Below are positions 29,113 to 38,084 of a stretch of 64,000 bases of DNA, piece by piece. The position numbers were made by a program, and so were the translations under genes. Numbering within the stretch: the stretch's first letter is position 1; every line of letters starts with the position of its first letter. The notes under the pieces were generated by a model, which did no database searches, was not told the DNA's origin, and saw only the letters and a list, made by a program, of their open reading frames with translations. Location of the stretch: the NCBI GenBank assembly GCA_014360755.1, contig JACIWX010000006.1, positions 27,748-91,747 on the forward strand. The letters run 5' to 3'. The stretch comes from Chloroflexota bacterium. GTDB taxonomy: Bacteria > Chloroflexota > Anaerolineae > UBA2200.

Positions 29113-30276
29113 GTGAAACTGGCCAAACGAATTGCTGACCTTCCACCTTATATCTTTGCTGAAGCGGGCCAAAAACTAGAGCAAATGAAGGCGAAGGGCA
29201 TAGATGTCATCAACTTGGGCATTGGCAGCCCGGACCTGCCACCACCACGCCCGATTATTGATGCCCTCTACGAATCTGCTTTGAAGCCGGATAACCATGG
29301 TTATGCCGGCTACTATGGGCTACCCGCTCTGCGCAGGGCAATCGCCGATTATTACGCCCATCGCTTCGGCGTGGAGATCGATCCCAACAAAGAGGTTGCC
29401 GTGCTCATTGGATCGAAGGAAGGTATCTTCAACACCTCTTTAGCCTTCCTAGATTCCGGTGATGTAGCCCTGATTCCAGACCCAGGCTATCCGACCTATA
29501 GTGTAGGAACACAAATGTCTGGGGGAGTATGCTATCCACTGCCTCTATGGGAAGAACATGGGTTCCTACCCCAATTGGAATCCATCCCTGCTGACGTCGC
29601 CCATGCAGCCAAGATTCTATGGCTGAATTACCCAAACAATCCTACAGGAGCAGTAGCGGATCTGGAATTCCTCTCTCAAGCGGTGCACTTTGCCCAGTGC
29701 CACGATTTACTGCTGTGCTATGATAATCCTTACTGTGATTTGACCTTCGATGGCTACCGTGCGCCAAGCATCTTACAAGTACCAGGAGCAAAAGAGGTAG
29801 CACTGGAGTTCAACTCCCTGTCCAAAACCTACAACATGGCAGGGTGGCGGGTGGGTATGGCCGTTGGCAACCGCGAAGCAGTAGAAGCCCTGCGGCGCGT
29901 CAAAACCAATGTGGATTCAGGCATCTTCAAGCCTATCCAAGAAGCAGCTATAGCCGCCTTAACTGGCGACCAGAGCTGGATTGCAGAGCGCAACGCCATC
30001 TATCAGAGGCGTAGAGATGTTGTGATGGAATTCCTGCCCTTGGCTGGGATGAGCGCAATGCTACCCAAGGCTGCGCTCTATGTCTGGGCTCGGATTCCTG
30101 GGGGTTACACCTCTCAGGAGTTCAGCCTCTACATTTTGGAAAAGACTGGCGTCTGGATGACTCCTGGCACTGCTTTTGGTGAACATGGCGAAGGATATGT
30201 GCGCATCGCACTGACGGTGCCGGAAGAAAGGCTACGGGAAGTTGGTGAGAGATTGCGGCAGGCAAAATCGAACTAG
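29113..30276 (+). CDS. Class I (fold type I) aminotransferase of the LL-diaminopimelate / aspartate aminotransferase type.
   Basis: LPPYIFAE...GIDVINLGIGSPDLPPP...SKTYNMAGWRVG. The start is GTG at 29113, 6 nt after AGGAGG. Confidence 0.8.
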   Translation: MKLAKRIADLPPYIFAEAGQKLEQMKAKGIDVINLGIGSPDLPPPRPIIDALYESALKPDNHGYAGYYGLPALRRAIADYYAHRFGVEIDPNKEVAVLIGSKEGIFNTSLAFLDSGDVALIPDPGYPTYSVGTQMSGGVCYPLPLWEEHGFLPQLESIPADVAHAAKILWLNYPNNPTGAVADLEFLSQAVHFAQCHDLLLCYDNPYCDLTFDGYRAPSILQVPGAKEVALEFNSLSKTYNMAGWRVGMAVGNREAVEALRRVKTNVDSGIFKPIQEAAIAALTGDQSWIAERNAIYQRRRDVVMEFLPLAGMSAMLPKAALYVWARIPGGYTSQEFSLYILEKTGVWMTPGTAFGEHGEGYVRIALTVPEERLREVGERLRQAKSN

Positions 30277-30297
30277 GAGAGCACAATTTAGCAAAGT

Positions 30298-30365
30298 GCG
30301 CACTATAAACGGGTTAGTCGTGAGCGCTAAAGCGCTCACGACGCACCAAAATACGCACTATAAAC
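30298..30365. repeat. Structured intergenic element: a 12-bp-stem hairpin flanked by direct repeats of CGCACTATAAAC.
   Basis: gcgcactataaac GGG ttagtcgtgagcgct-aaa-agcgctcacgac gcaccaaaata cgcactataaac. The hairpin is not followed by a U-tract. Confidence 0.5.
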
Positions 30366-30423
30366 AGGATGCATCAGGCGAGGAGAAATTTCTATTCGAC
30401 AGCCTTGCCATCCAGTAGTAAAA

Positions 30424-31770
30424 TTGCAGTTGTTGGACGAACTCGCTAGGAGGAAAAGCATTACCAAAAACAGAAACTTGTATCCAATTCCTGCTGAGCC
30501 AGAGAGAGCCTATCTGGTCGGCGTAGAAGTAAAAGGGGCAATACATCCATGGCGGTTGGAAGATTCCCTTGCCGAACTGGCTGAACTGGCTAGGACAGCT
30601 GGTGTAGAAGTAGTAGGCCAGACAGCACAGCGGCTTGACGAGGTTAACCCAGCCACCTACGTGGGCAAAGGCAAAGTCGAAGAACTGAAACTGCTGGCAC
30701 GACAACTGAACATAGATACGTTTATCTTCGACGATGAATTATCACCCGCACAGCAACGCAACCTCGAGGAAGAGTTAGGAACAAAGGTCATTGATCGCAC
30801 TGCGCTGATCCTTGACATCTTTGCTAAACATGCCCGTACTCGCGAGGGTGCGTTACAAGTGGAACTGGCTCAATATATTTACCGCTTGCCACGCTTAACA
30901 CGTGCTTGGACCCACTTGGCACGTCAGGTGGGCGGAGCAGCGGCTCGTGGTGGCCCTGGTGGTGTAGGACTACGCGGTCCTGGCGAAACCCAACTAGAAA
31001 CCGACCGCCGGCTCATCCGACAGCGCATTACACAACTCAAGAAAGAGCTGGAACATGTACGCAGCCATCGCCAGCAGTACCGGCGACATCGCAAAGAGCA
31101 GGGTATGCCCGTTATCTCCTTAGTAGGTTACACCAATGCGGGCAAATCTACCTTGCTCAATACGTTGACACATGCTGGTGTATTGGCTACGGATATGCTC
31201 TTCGCAACGTTGGATCCAGTTACGCGGCGGCTGATTCTGCCAGGGGGTAAGGAAGCATTGCTCACTGATACAGTAGGCTTTATTCAGAAGCTACCCACAC
31301 AGCTTGTCGCTGCCTTTCGCGCTACACTAGAAGAAATCGGCGAAGCCGATCTGATCCTCCATATTGTTGACATAACACATCCTAACGTACGGGAACAGGT
31401 GCATACGGTAGAGCAGGTGTTGCGGGAGATAGGTACGGCAAACAAACCCGTGTTAGTTGCCCTGAATAAAATTGACCTGCTCTCGGATCCCCGAAAAGCA
31501 GAATTAGTCACTACGCAGTTCCCCAACGCGGTAGCTATCTCCGCGCTATACGGTCAAGGGTTGGACAACCTCTTGCGGCAAATCGAGCGCATGCTGACAC
31601 AGCAGATGGTACAGGTGCGCGCACGTGTACCCTATGCGGCAAGCGAATTGGTGGCGCTATTCCATAGGCACGGGATTGTTACGCAAGAGCGCCATGGCCA
31701 GAATGGCATCCTCATCGAAGGCAAACTCCCGCCCGGCCTGATGGGACGTTTCGAACCGTATCTTGAATAA
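30424..31770 (+). CDS. hflX: GTPase HflX.
   Basis: HflX N-terminal domain ([32 protein letters not shown]) and the G-domain motifs [10 protein letters not shown] and DTVGF. The start is uncertain: the track start is TTG, and an ATT at 30460 follows AGGAGG at 6 nt. Confidence 0.85.
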   Translation: MQLLDELARRKSITKNRNLYPIPAEPERAYLVGVEVKGAIHPWRLEDSLAELAELARTAGVEVVGQTAQRLDEVNPATYVGKGKVEELKLLARQLNIDTFIFDDELSPAQQRNLEEELGTKVIDRTALILDIFAKHARTREGALQVELAQYIYRLPRLTRAWTHLARQVGGAAARGGPGGVGLRGPGETQLETDRRLIRQRITQLKKELEHVRSHRQQYRRHRKEQGMPVISLVGYTNAGKSTLLNTLTHAGVLATDMLFATLDPVTRRLILPGGKEALLTDTVGFIQKLPTQLVAAFRATLEEIGEADLILHIVDITHPNVREQVHTVEQVLREIGTANKPVLVALNKIDLLSDPRKAELVTTQFPNAVAISALYGQGLDNLLRQIERMLTQQMVQVRARVPYAASELVALFHRHGIVTQERHGQNGILIEGKLPPGLMGRFEPYLE

Positions 31771-31785
31771 GGCGTCTGGAAAATG

Positions 31786-31852
31786 AAACCAGTGCCTGAG
31801 GGTACCTTCTCAGGCACTGGTTTCACATCTCTGATGAGCGCGAAAGCGCTCA
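31786..31852. terminator. Bidirectional terminator region between the convergent hflX and dehydrogenase genes, with two hairpins.
   Basis: A 16-bp stem GAAACCAGTGCCTGAG...CTCAGGCACTGGTTTC, then TGAGCGC-gaaa-GCGCTCA, followed by a TTTTT tract that overlaps the minus-strand gene stop. Confidence 0.5.
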
Positions 31853-31866
31853 CTACTAGTCCCTTT

Positions 31867-33003
31867 TTACTTCGTGTTTGCTCTTACCTGTTCGGCAATG
31901 GCATCTCCGACTTGATAGGTCAGCGCATTTCCGCCGAGGTCATACGTTCTGGGACCGTACTGCAACACTTGCTCCACAGCTTGCTCTATTGCCTGCGCAG
32001 CATCTACCTCACCGAGGTGTTCCATCATCATCGCTCCAGCAAGGACAGCAGCCATGGGATTGGCTTTCTGCTGGCCCTTATAGCGCGGCGCTGAGCCGTG
32101 GATGGGCTCGAACATCGAGAGGCCCTCCGGATTGATATTGGCGCCCGGAGCCAAGCCCATTCCTCCCTGAATGGCTGCCCCCAAGTCCGTAATAATATCC
32201 CCGAACAAGTTTGGCGCCACGACGACCTGGTAGTGCTCCGGCCTGCGGATAAACCACATAGTAACAGCATCTACCAGGTTGTACTCATATTCGATGTCAG
32301 GATAATCCCGGGCAACGCGTTCAAAGCATTCGCGCCAAAACTCGTAAATATCAGGCATGGCATTCACTTTATCTACCCCTGTAACGCGTTTCAGCCCCTT
32401 ACGGCGTGCGAGCTCGAATGCGTAGCGAATAACGCGTTCGCAACCCCGTCGGCTCAGCACTCCGATCTGATAAGCCAGCTCCTCCTGGGGCTCAACTCTC
32501 ACCGATACATCGAAATATGCGGAGTACAGCCTACGATGCATCGCACCATGTATGGTGGCTTCGCCCTCGCGAACCCGCCCGCCTACGCCACTATAGAGAT
32601 CCTCAGTGTTTTCACGCACGACATAGAAATTGATATCCGCCGCCGTCTTGTCTCTCAGCGGGGTATCCGCACCACGCAACAGTTTCACCGGGCGTAGGTT
32701 GACGTACTGGTCAAAATAGGTACGGAGCTTTAACACGATGCCGCCCAATGTCACGCGCTCTGAGACGCGAGGATCACCCAGCGCTCCCAGAAGGATAGCA
32801 TCCGTTTCCGCAATGCGACGCAGAGCCTCGTCGTCCACGACCTTGCCAGTCGCCAAATAGTGCTCCGCACCGAAGGGAAACTCGATCCACTCGCAACGAA
32901 AATCAAAGACTCGCCCCGTTGCTTCGAGAACTTTTTTCGCTTCCGCAATCACTTCTGGGCCAATGCCATCACCCGGAATCACGCTAATCGTATAATGTCG
33001 CAT
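31867..33003 (-). CDS. Isocitrate/isopropylmalate dehydrogenase-family enzyme (tartrate / D-malate dehydrogenase-like).
   Basis: N-terminal ISVIPGDGIGPEV and the central NLFGDIITDL motif. Confidence 0.85.
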   Translation of the reverse strand: MRHYTISVIPGDGIGPEVIAEAKKVLEATGRVFDFRCEWIEFPFGAEHYLATGKVVDDEALRRIAETDAILLGALGDPRVSERVTLGGIVLKLRTYFDQYVNLRPVKLLRGADTPLRDKTAADINFYVVRENTEDLYSGVGGRVREGEATIHGAMHRRLYSAYFDVSVRVEPQEELAYQIGVLSRRGCERVIRYAFELARRKGLKRVTGVDKVNAMPDIYEFWRECFERVARDYPDIEYEYNLVDAVTMWFIRRPEHYQVVVAPNLFGDIITDLGAAIQGGMGLAPGANINPEGLSMFEPIHGSAPRYKGQQKANPMAAVLAGAMMMEHLGEVDAAQAIEQAVEQVLQYGPRTYDLGGNALTYQVGDAIAEQVRANTK

Positions 33004-33011
33004 ACCGCCGC

Positions 33012-34274
33012 TTACTCCTTATCAGTTTTCTGATAACGCTGTGCAGCACGCCGCAGTGCCTCTACCACGGGCAGTTCTTGCCCGGACAGAAAGCGCACCA
33101 TGCCGCCTCCCGAGGTACAGACGTACCCCATGCGCTCCAATACACCGAACTTTGCCCCAGCAGCGACACTATCTCCGCCACCGATTACTGAGTATCCAGG
33201 TGCATCGGCAATCGCTTTCCATAACTTTTCAGTCCCTACTGCGCTCAAAGGATCCTCATAGATGCCGGCTGGCCCGTTCACGAAAATAGTGGCGGCTTGC
33301 TGTATCACTGTGATATAACGAGCGATAGTCTGTTGCCCGATATCCACAATAAGGCGCTCTGTAGGCAAATCCTCCAATCCAATTTCTTTTCGCCCTTGAT
33401 CATCTATCGCCACATCTATGGGGTAGAGGATCTTGTCCCCATAGCGCTGGAGGAGCTGTTGTGCCCTCGCGACAAAGGGAGTCAGCCCTTTTTCATGGAT
33501 GATACGCTCCGTCGGCTCTCCCAGCGCATACCCTTTAGCCAGAAGCATCACTTCGCCATTCAGTCCCGAGGTCAAGACATAATCCGCGGTGCCCTCACTC
33601 AGAACCTGTTCCATCATGCTAAAGGCATCAGCAATGCGCGCCCCACCCAAGACATACACGCAAGGATGCTTCGGGTTCTCCTTCACGCGCACAAGGGCGC
33701 CAAATTCCTCGATAAAGAGCCGCCCGCCTGCCGAAGGCAACACCTCCGCAAAGCCAACTAACGATGGTGTATAACGATGAGCAGCAGCAAACGCTTCGCA
33801 CACGTAATAGTCTGCCAGCGGAGCCAAGTTGCGCACCAACCAGGTCTTGGCAAGTTGCTCCGGGGTCAATTTCACAAATTGAACGAAGGTGGATACTTCT
33901 TCAGTCAGATAACGAACATTGTTCAAGAGCAGTAAATCCCCTGCTCGTAGTTCTTTCACTCGCTGCAAAGCCGCTGGCCCTACGATGTCGTCAATGAATG
34001 CCACAGGCCGGCCGAGCAATTCCGCAAGGCGCTGGGCATGAATCTCCAAGGGAATGAGATTGTGATAATCCTCGATATCCCCTTGATGAGCAAGCATCAC
34101 TACGCGTGCCCCTGCTTCCGACAATTCCTTAATCGTGGGCAGGCTTTTGCGAATGCGGTTGTCATTAGCCAAACGACCCGTCTTGTGGTCAATAGGAGAA
34201 TTGATGTCCACGCGCAGGATAACGGTCTTGTCATGGAAATCAAAATCATCTAATGTGAGGATCCCAGCTTCCAC
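33012..34274 (-). CDS. pgk: Phosphoglycerate kinase, archaeal-type sequence.
   Basis: LTLDDFDFHDKTVILRVDINSPID...ARVVMLAHQG resembles archaeal PGK N-termini rather than the bacterial VRVDFNVP type. 420 aa. Confidence 0.85.
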   Translation of the reverse strand: MEAGILTLDDFDFHDKTVILRVDINSPIDHKTGRLANDNRIRKSLPTIKELSEAGARVVMLAHQGDIEDYHNLIPLEIHAQRLAELLGRPVAFIDDIVGPAALQRVKELRAGDLLLLNNVRYLTEEVSTFVQFVKLTPEQLAKTWLVRNLAPLADYYVCEAFAAAHRYTPSLVGFAEVLPSAGGRLFIEEFGALVRVKENPKHPCVYVLGGARIADAFSMMEQVLSEGTADYVLTSGLNGEVMLLAKGYALGEPTERIIHEKGLTPFVARAQQLLQRYGDKILYPIDVAIDDQGRKEIGLEDLPTERLIVDIGQQTIARYITVIQQAATIFVNGPAGIYEDPLSAVGTEKLWKAIADAPGYSVIGGGDSVAAGAKFGVLERMGYVCTSGGGMVRFLSGQELPVVEALRRAAQRYQKTDKE

Positions 34275-34295
34275 AACACTCCTCCCAAGAAGAAC

Positions 34296-35324
34296 TTAGC
34301 GTCCCGGTTTGAGCCCTAGGTATTTGTTCGTTAGTCCCACAGCCTCCAAACGGTCGGTCTGCATGACCATGCAAGCCCGCACGCCATCAATGGTTTCTGG
34401 AATGGTTACTGCCTCTTGAGGGATGTTGATAGCAAACATCACATCATTACCGGAAAAACCAATACATTCTTCCCACACCGCAATTTCGTACATATCGCTG
34501 CGCTTGTTGCCCAAGTGCCGCGCATATTGGAAAAGGGCTGTATTCGAAGTAAAGCCATCAGCGAGACGGACAACGCGGATGCGCGGATGTTCCCGGAACG
34601 TTTCCAGCAAAGCCTCTTTGCTCACGGTTTTCTTCGGTGTGGCTACGATATTGATGATATGTCCATGGGTAACCGGGGTGTGCACCAAAAGGCCAGTGGC
34701 TTGTACATGGGGCATAATATGCATCAGGTCTACTGCCTGGTGGCTCGGTACTGCATCTGGCCGAAGCAAGTCTACATAGCCACGGTGAGTATCCCCGGGA
34801 TCAGCCACGCGGCGGATAATGGTAATGGCTATCTTCTCCACACCCACCATACGATCCAAAGCATCTACGGCGCGAATCAGGCCGGTGGTATTGCAGGAAG
34901 TAAGTTTCAAAAACCTCTGGCCGATGCCTTTTTCATAGTTTGCATATCCATGGAAGAAGACATCGGCAACCTCATCTTTTTCGCCACCTTGGAAAATCGC
35001 CTTTACTCCGTGCTTGAGGTATAGTTCCTTATTCTTGATGCCTATTCCGCCTGGTGCCGCATCCAGGACGACGTCTACCTGATCCAGCAACTCTTCGAAA
35101 GTGCCCGAGACAGGGATCCCGAGGGCATCAAACTCGGGCTTGCGTTTGGCATCCACGAGGAAAAGGCGGTAGGGCATACCGCTCTCGTAAAGAGCGCGAA
35201 TAGGCAGCGTGGGAGCGACATCGGCGACTCCTACCAATTCCATATCTTCCTGTCGCGCCACGCCATCCGCTAGACGCGTACCAATCGTGCCATAACCTGC
35301 TACTGCAACTCTGACCTTACTCAT
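34296..35324 (-). CDS. gap: Type II (archaeal-type) glyceraldehyde-3-phosphate dehydrogenase.
   Basis: VAVAGYGTIGTRLADGV, IFQGGEK and the active-site SCNTTGL match archaeal GAPDH. GGAGG SD with 8-nt spacing. Confidence 0.85.
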   Translation of the reverse strand: MSKVRVAVAGYGTIGTRLADGVARQEDMELVGVADVAPTLPIRALYESGMPYRLFLVDAKRKPEFDALGIPVSGTFEELLDQVDVVLDAAPGGIGIKNKELYLKHGVKAIFQGGEKDEVADVFFHGYANYEKGIGQRFLKLTSCNTTGLIRAVDALDRMVGVEKIAITIIRRVADPGDTHRGYVDLLRPDAVPSHQAVDLMHIMPHVQATGLLVHTPVTHGHIINIVATPKKTVSKEALLETFREHPRIRVVRLADGFTSNTALFQYARHLGNKRSDMYEIAVWEECIGFSGNDVMFAINIPQEAVTIPETIDGVRACMVMQTDRLEAVGLTNKYLGLKPGR

Positions 35325-35384
35325 CTGATAACCTCCTTTGCAACTATTCTGTCTTGAATCTACCACCTTACATTGAAGGCAATG

Positions 35385-36200
35385 CTACAATGAGCGGAAA
35401 TAGCCGATAGCCAACTCCGCAGCAGTCTGGCTATCAGGCCAAGGAAGGATTTCGGCACTGATATAGCTTGCATAGCTTATTTTGCGTAATGCTGTCACTA
35501 CCTCTTGGAAATTGATGTGACCCTGCCCTGGTGCGCGACGATTGCTATCCACCAGATGTACATAACCAAGACGTTTCCCCGCCAGTTCCAGCGCTTTGGG
35601 CAGGGACACTTCTTCGATATTCATGTGGAAAGTATCTGCCAACACAACCACGTTGTCCAGACCCACTTCATCTGCAAATGCCAGTGCTTCAGCAACAGTG
35701 TTCAGAAAATTGGTCTCGTAGCGGTTGATTGGTTCAATCGCCACACGCACCCCAACGGACTGGGCATATTCGGCGTAGCTACGGACTGCCTCCAGAGCCC
35801 ACTTGCGCTGTTCAGCCTGCACAGCAGGTTCCTTGCTGAGCACCCCTCGCACCCCACCAATGATCAGAAATCCCTGCCAAGGAGCCAGAAAATCGAGGAG
35901 GCGTTTCATCCTTTCGCGCAGCCTTGCGTGCACCGCGGGGTCAGTGTTAGCCAGGGACAAGCCATCTGTGTAGTAGGATTGCCCCGTAGCCACGGCTGAT
36001 AGTGCCAAACCTTTTTGGCGTAAGGCGCTGGCAATATGCCCCAAGAGGTCTTTCGACGGATCGAGCAAGCTCAGTTCTACCGCATCATATCCCAACTTAG
36101 CCGCTTGCTCTACGCCCAATTCCCAATTACCGGCAAAAAGCAATGGGGCAAAATTGGCTGGCAGTGGGGAAATGGCCATGCTGGTTTTGAACATCCTCAT
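35385..36200 (-). CDS. Sugar-phosphate isomerase/epimerase (xylose-isomerase-like TIM barrel).
   Basis: AP-endonuclease-2 / xylose-isomerase-like fold pattern (GYDAVELS...HLVDSN). Its ATG overlaps the upstream stop as ATGA. Confidence 0.8.
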   Translation of the reverse strand: MRMFKTSMAISPLPANFAPLLFAGNWELGVEQAAKLGYDAVELSLLDPSKDLLGHIASALRQKGLALSAVATGQSYYTDGLSLANTDPAVHARLRERMKRLLDFLAPWQGFLIIGGVRGVLSKEPAVQAEQRKWALEAVRSYAEYAQSVGVRVAIEPINRYETNFLNTVAEALAFADEVGLDNVVVLADTFHMNIEEVSLPKALELAGKRLGYVHLVDSNRRAPGQGHINFQEVVTALRKISYASYISAEILPWPDSQTAAELAIGYFRSL

Positions 36201-37156
36201 CTCCTCAGCAAACGAGCTGCCTTCTCCAAGACATAATGGGCTGCTTCCGCGATATGCTGCGGCGACATACCGTACTTGTGCAATAGTTCTGCATTTGTGC
36301 CACACTCACCATAGCAATCGCAGAGCCCAACGCGTATCATGGAGGTAGGCGCATGCTCTACGAGGACTTCTGCTACCGCGCTTCCCAAGCCGCCATATAT
36401 GTTGTGATTTTCTGCGGTAACAATGCCTCTGGTCTCCTTAGCTGCCTGTATCACCGCTTCTATATCAATAGGCTTGATCGTGGGCATATGGAGCACGCGG
36501 GTGCTGATTCCTTCTCTTCCAAGAAGCTGCGCGGCCTCCACACACTGCGAGGTCATCATGCCACTGCCAATGAGGGTTACATCTGAGCCTTCTCGCACTT
36601 TCACCGCTCTTCCCAATTTGAACTGATAACCCTCAGGCGATACACGAGGCCAGACATCCCGCGTTGCGCGCAGATAGACTGGCCCAGGATAAGCGACAAT
36701 CGCCCGCACCGCCTGCTCCATCTCGATGTCATCCGCGGGGTCTACCACAGCCATATGAGGGATTGCACGCATGATCCCCACATCTTCAACCGCTTGGTGT
36801 GTAGCACCATTATTGCCGCTGACAATACCGCTGTAAGCTCCGATGATTTTCACATTCAGCCGGCAATGGGCAACAGAGATAGCCACTTGATCACAGGCAC
36901 GCCGTGAAGCAAAGACACCAAAAGTGCTGACAAAGGGGATTTTCCCCATCAAAGCCATGCCTGCAGCCACTCCCATCATATTCTGTTCGGCAACTCCCAT
37001 TTGGAAAAAGCGCTCTGGAAATTCTTGAGCAAAGTATACCACGCGAGTAGAACTGGCCAAATCCGCATCCAACACGACAATGTTAGGATTTTGCCGTGCC
37101 AATTCTACCAGCGTGCGACCTAACGCTTCTCGTGCTGATTCTACCATGACTGACAC
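36197..37156 (-). CDS. Transketolase, C-terminal (pyrimidine-binding) subunit of a split enzyme.
   Basis: The 319-aa ORF aligns to the Pyr and C-terminal domains of transketolase (GVAEQNMMGVAAGMAL...). Confidence 0.9.
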   Translation of the reverse strand: MSVMVESAREALGRTLVELARQNPNIVVLDADLASSTRVVYFAQEFPERFFQMGVAEQNMMGVAAGMALMGKIPFVSTFGVFASRRACDQVAISVAHCRLNVKIIGAYSGIVSGNNGATHQAVEDVGIMRAIPHMAVVDPADDIEMEQAVRAIVAYPGPVYLRATRDVWPRVSPEGYQFKLGRAVKVREGSDVTLIGSGMMTSQCVEAAQLLGREGISTRVLHMPTIKPIDIEAVIQAAKETRGIVTAENHNIYGGLGSAVAEVLVEHAPTSMIRVGLCDCYGECGTNAELLHKYGMSPQHIAEAAHYVLEKAARLLRR

Positions 37157-37159
37157 TCC

Positions 37160-37999
37160 TTACTCTTGAGAACATCCCAATTCAGCGAGCGCTTGGGCTA
37201 GTTGTTCCTGATTGGGAGCCTTGCCATGCCATGCTGATTGGCCTTCCATGTACGAGACTCCCTTGCCTTTGACTGTATGAGCGATAACAATGTGGGGCTG
37301 GCCTTTCACTTCTTTTATTGTTTCCAGGGTAGTAATGAGCTGCCGCATATCGTGTCCGTTGACCTCTGCTACTGCCCAATTGAAACTGCGCCACTTGTCC
37401 GCAATGGGCGCTATCTCCATCACTTCTCTCAGGGGACCCATCAACTGCACGCCGTTGTAGTCCAAGATAACAGTGAGGTTATCTACCTTATAATGCGCAG
37501 CAGCTTCAGCGGCTTCCCAAATTTGCCCTTCTTGGTTTTCGCCATCGCCGATGAGACAATAGACATGAATCCCCTTGCCATCCAGACGCGCTGCCAATGC
37601 CATGCCCAAGGCTACCGACAAGCCTTGCCCCAGGGCACCTGTAGAGACTTCTACTCCCGGTACCAGATGCATATCTGGGTGCACTTGCAAACGGCTGTCA
37701 ATGCGGCCAAATGTCTTGAGCCAGTCGATAGGGAAAAAGCCGCGCTCTGCTAGTGTAGCGTAGAGGCCTGCCGCACCATGGCCCTTTGACAGTACAAAAC
37801 GATCCCTTTCTTCCCACTGCGGGCGCTGAGGGTCTATCTTCATAATATGAAAATATAATGCCGTGAGAATATCCGCTTCCGATAGCGAGCCACCTGGGTG
37901 GCCCACTCCTGCCTCGGAAATGGTACGCACAACGTGACAGCGGATCCTACGTGCGGTCTCTTCCAAATAACGGATTCGTTCTTCTGTAAGCAAAGTCAT
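37160..37999 (-). CDS. Transketolase, N-terminal (TPP-binding) subunit of a split enzyme.
   Basis: SEAGVGHPGGSLS, GDGENQEG and ILDYNGVQ are transketolase TPP-domain motifs. The gene lies 4 nt upstream of the C-terminal subunit. Confidence 0.9.
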   Translation of the reverse strand: MTLLTEERIRYLEETARRIRCHVVRTISEAGVGHPGGSLSEADILTALYFHIMKIDPQRPQWEERDRFVLSKGHGAAGLYATLAERGFFPIDWLKTFGRIDSRLQVHPDMHLVPGVEVSTGALGQGLSVALGMALAARLDGKGIHVYCLIGDGENQEGQIWEAAEAAAHYKVDNLTVILDYNGVQLMGPLREVMEIAPIADKWRSFNWAVAEVNGHDMRQLITTLETIKEVKGQPHIVIAHTVKGKGVSYMEGQSAWHGKAPNQEQLAQALAELGCSQE

Positions 38000-38084
38000 T
38001 GTGATACTTTTCCCCTTCCAGAATTGAGGGCATTGGGGGTTTCCCCCAATGCCCTCATATGCCATTGAAGGTTACCCGAGAAAA

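Noticed and set aside
33012-35324. Possibility that the whole contig is archaeal because of type II GAPDH and archaeal-like PGK.
   Set aside because: The window also encodes tmRNA/SmpB, UvrA, IF-1 (infA), HflX, TrmFO, PTS enzyme I, lipoproteins with lipoboxes and sigma70-type promoters. All of these are bacterial hallmarks.
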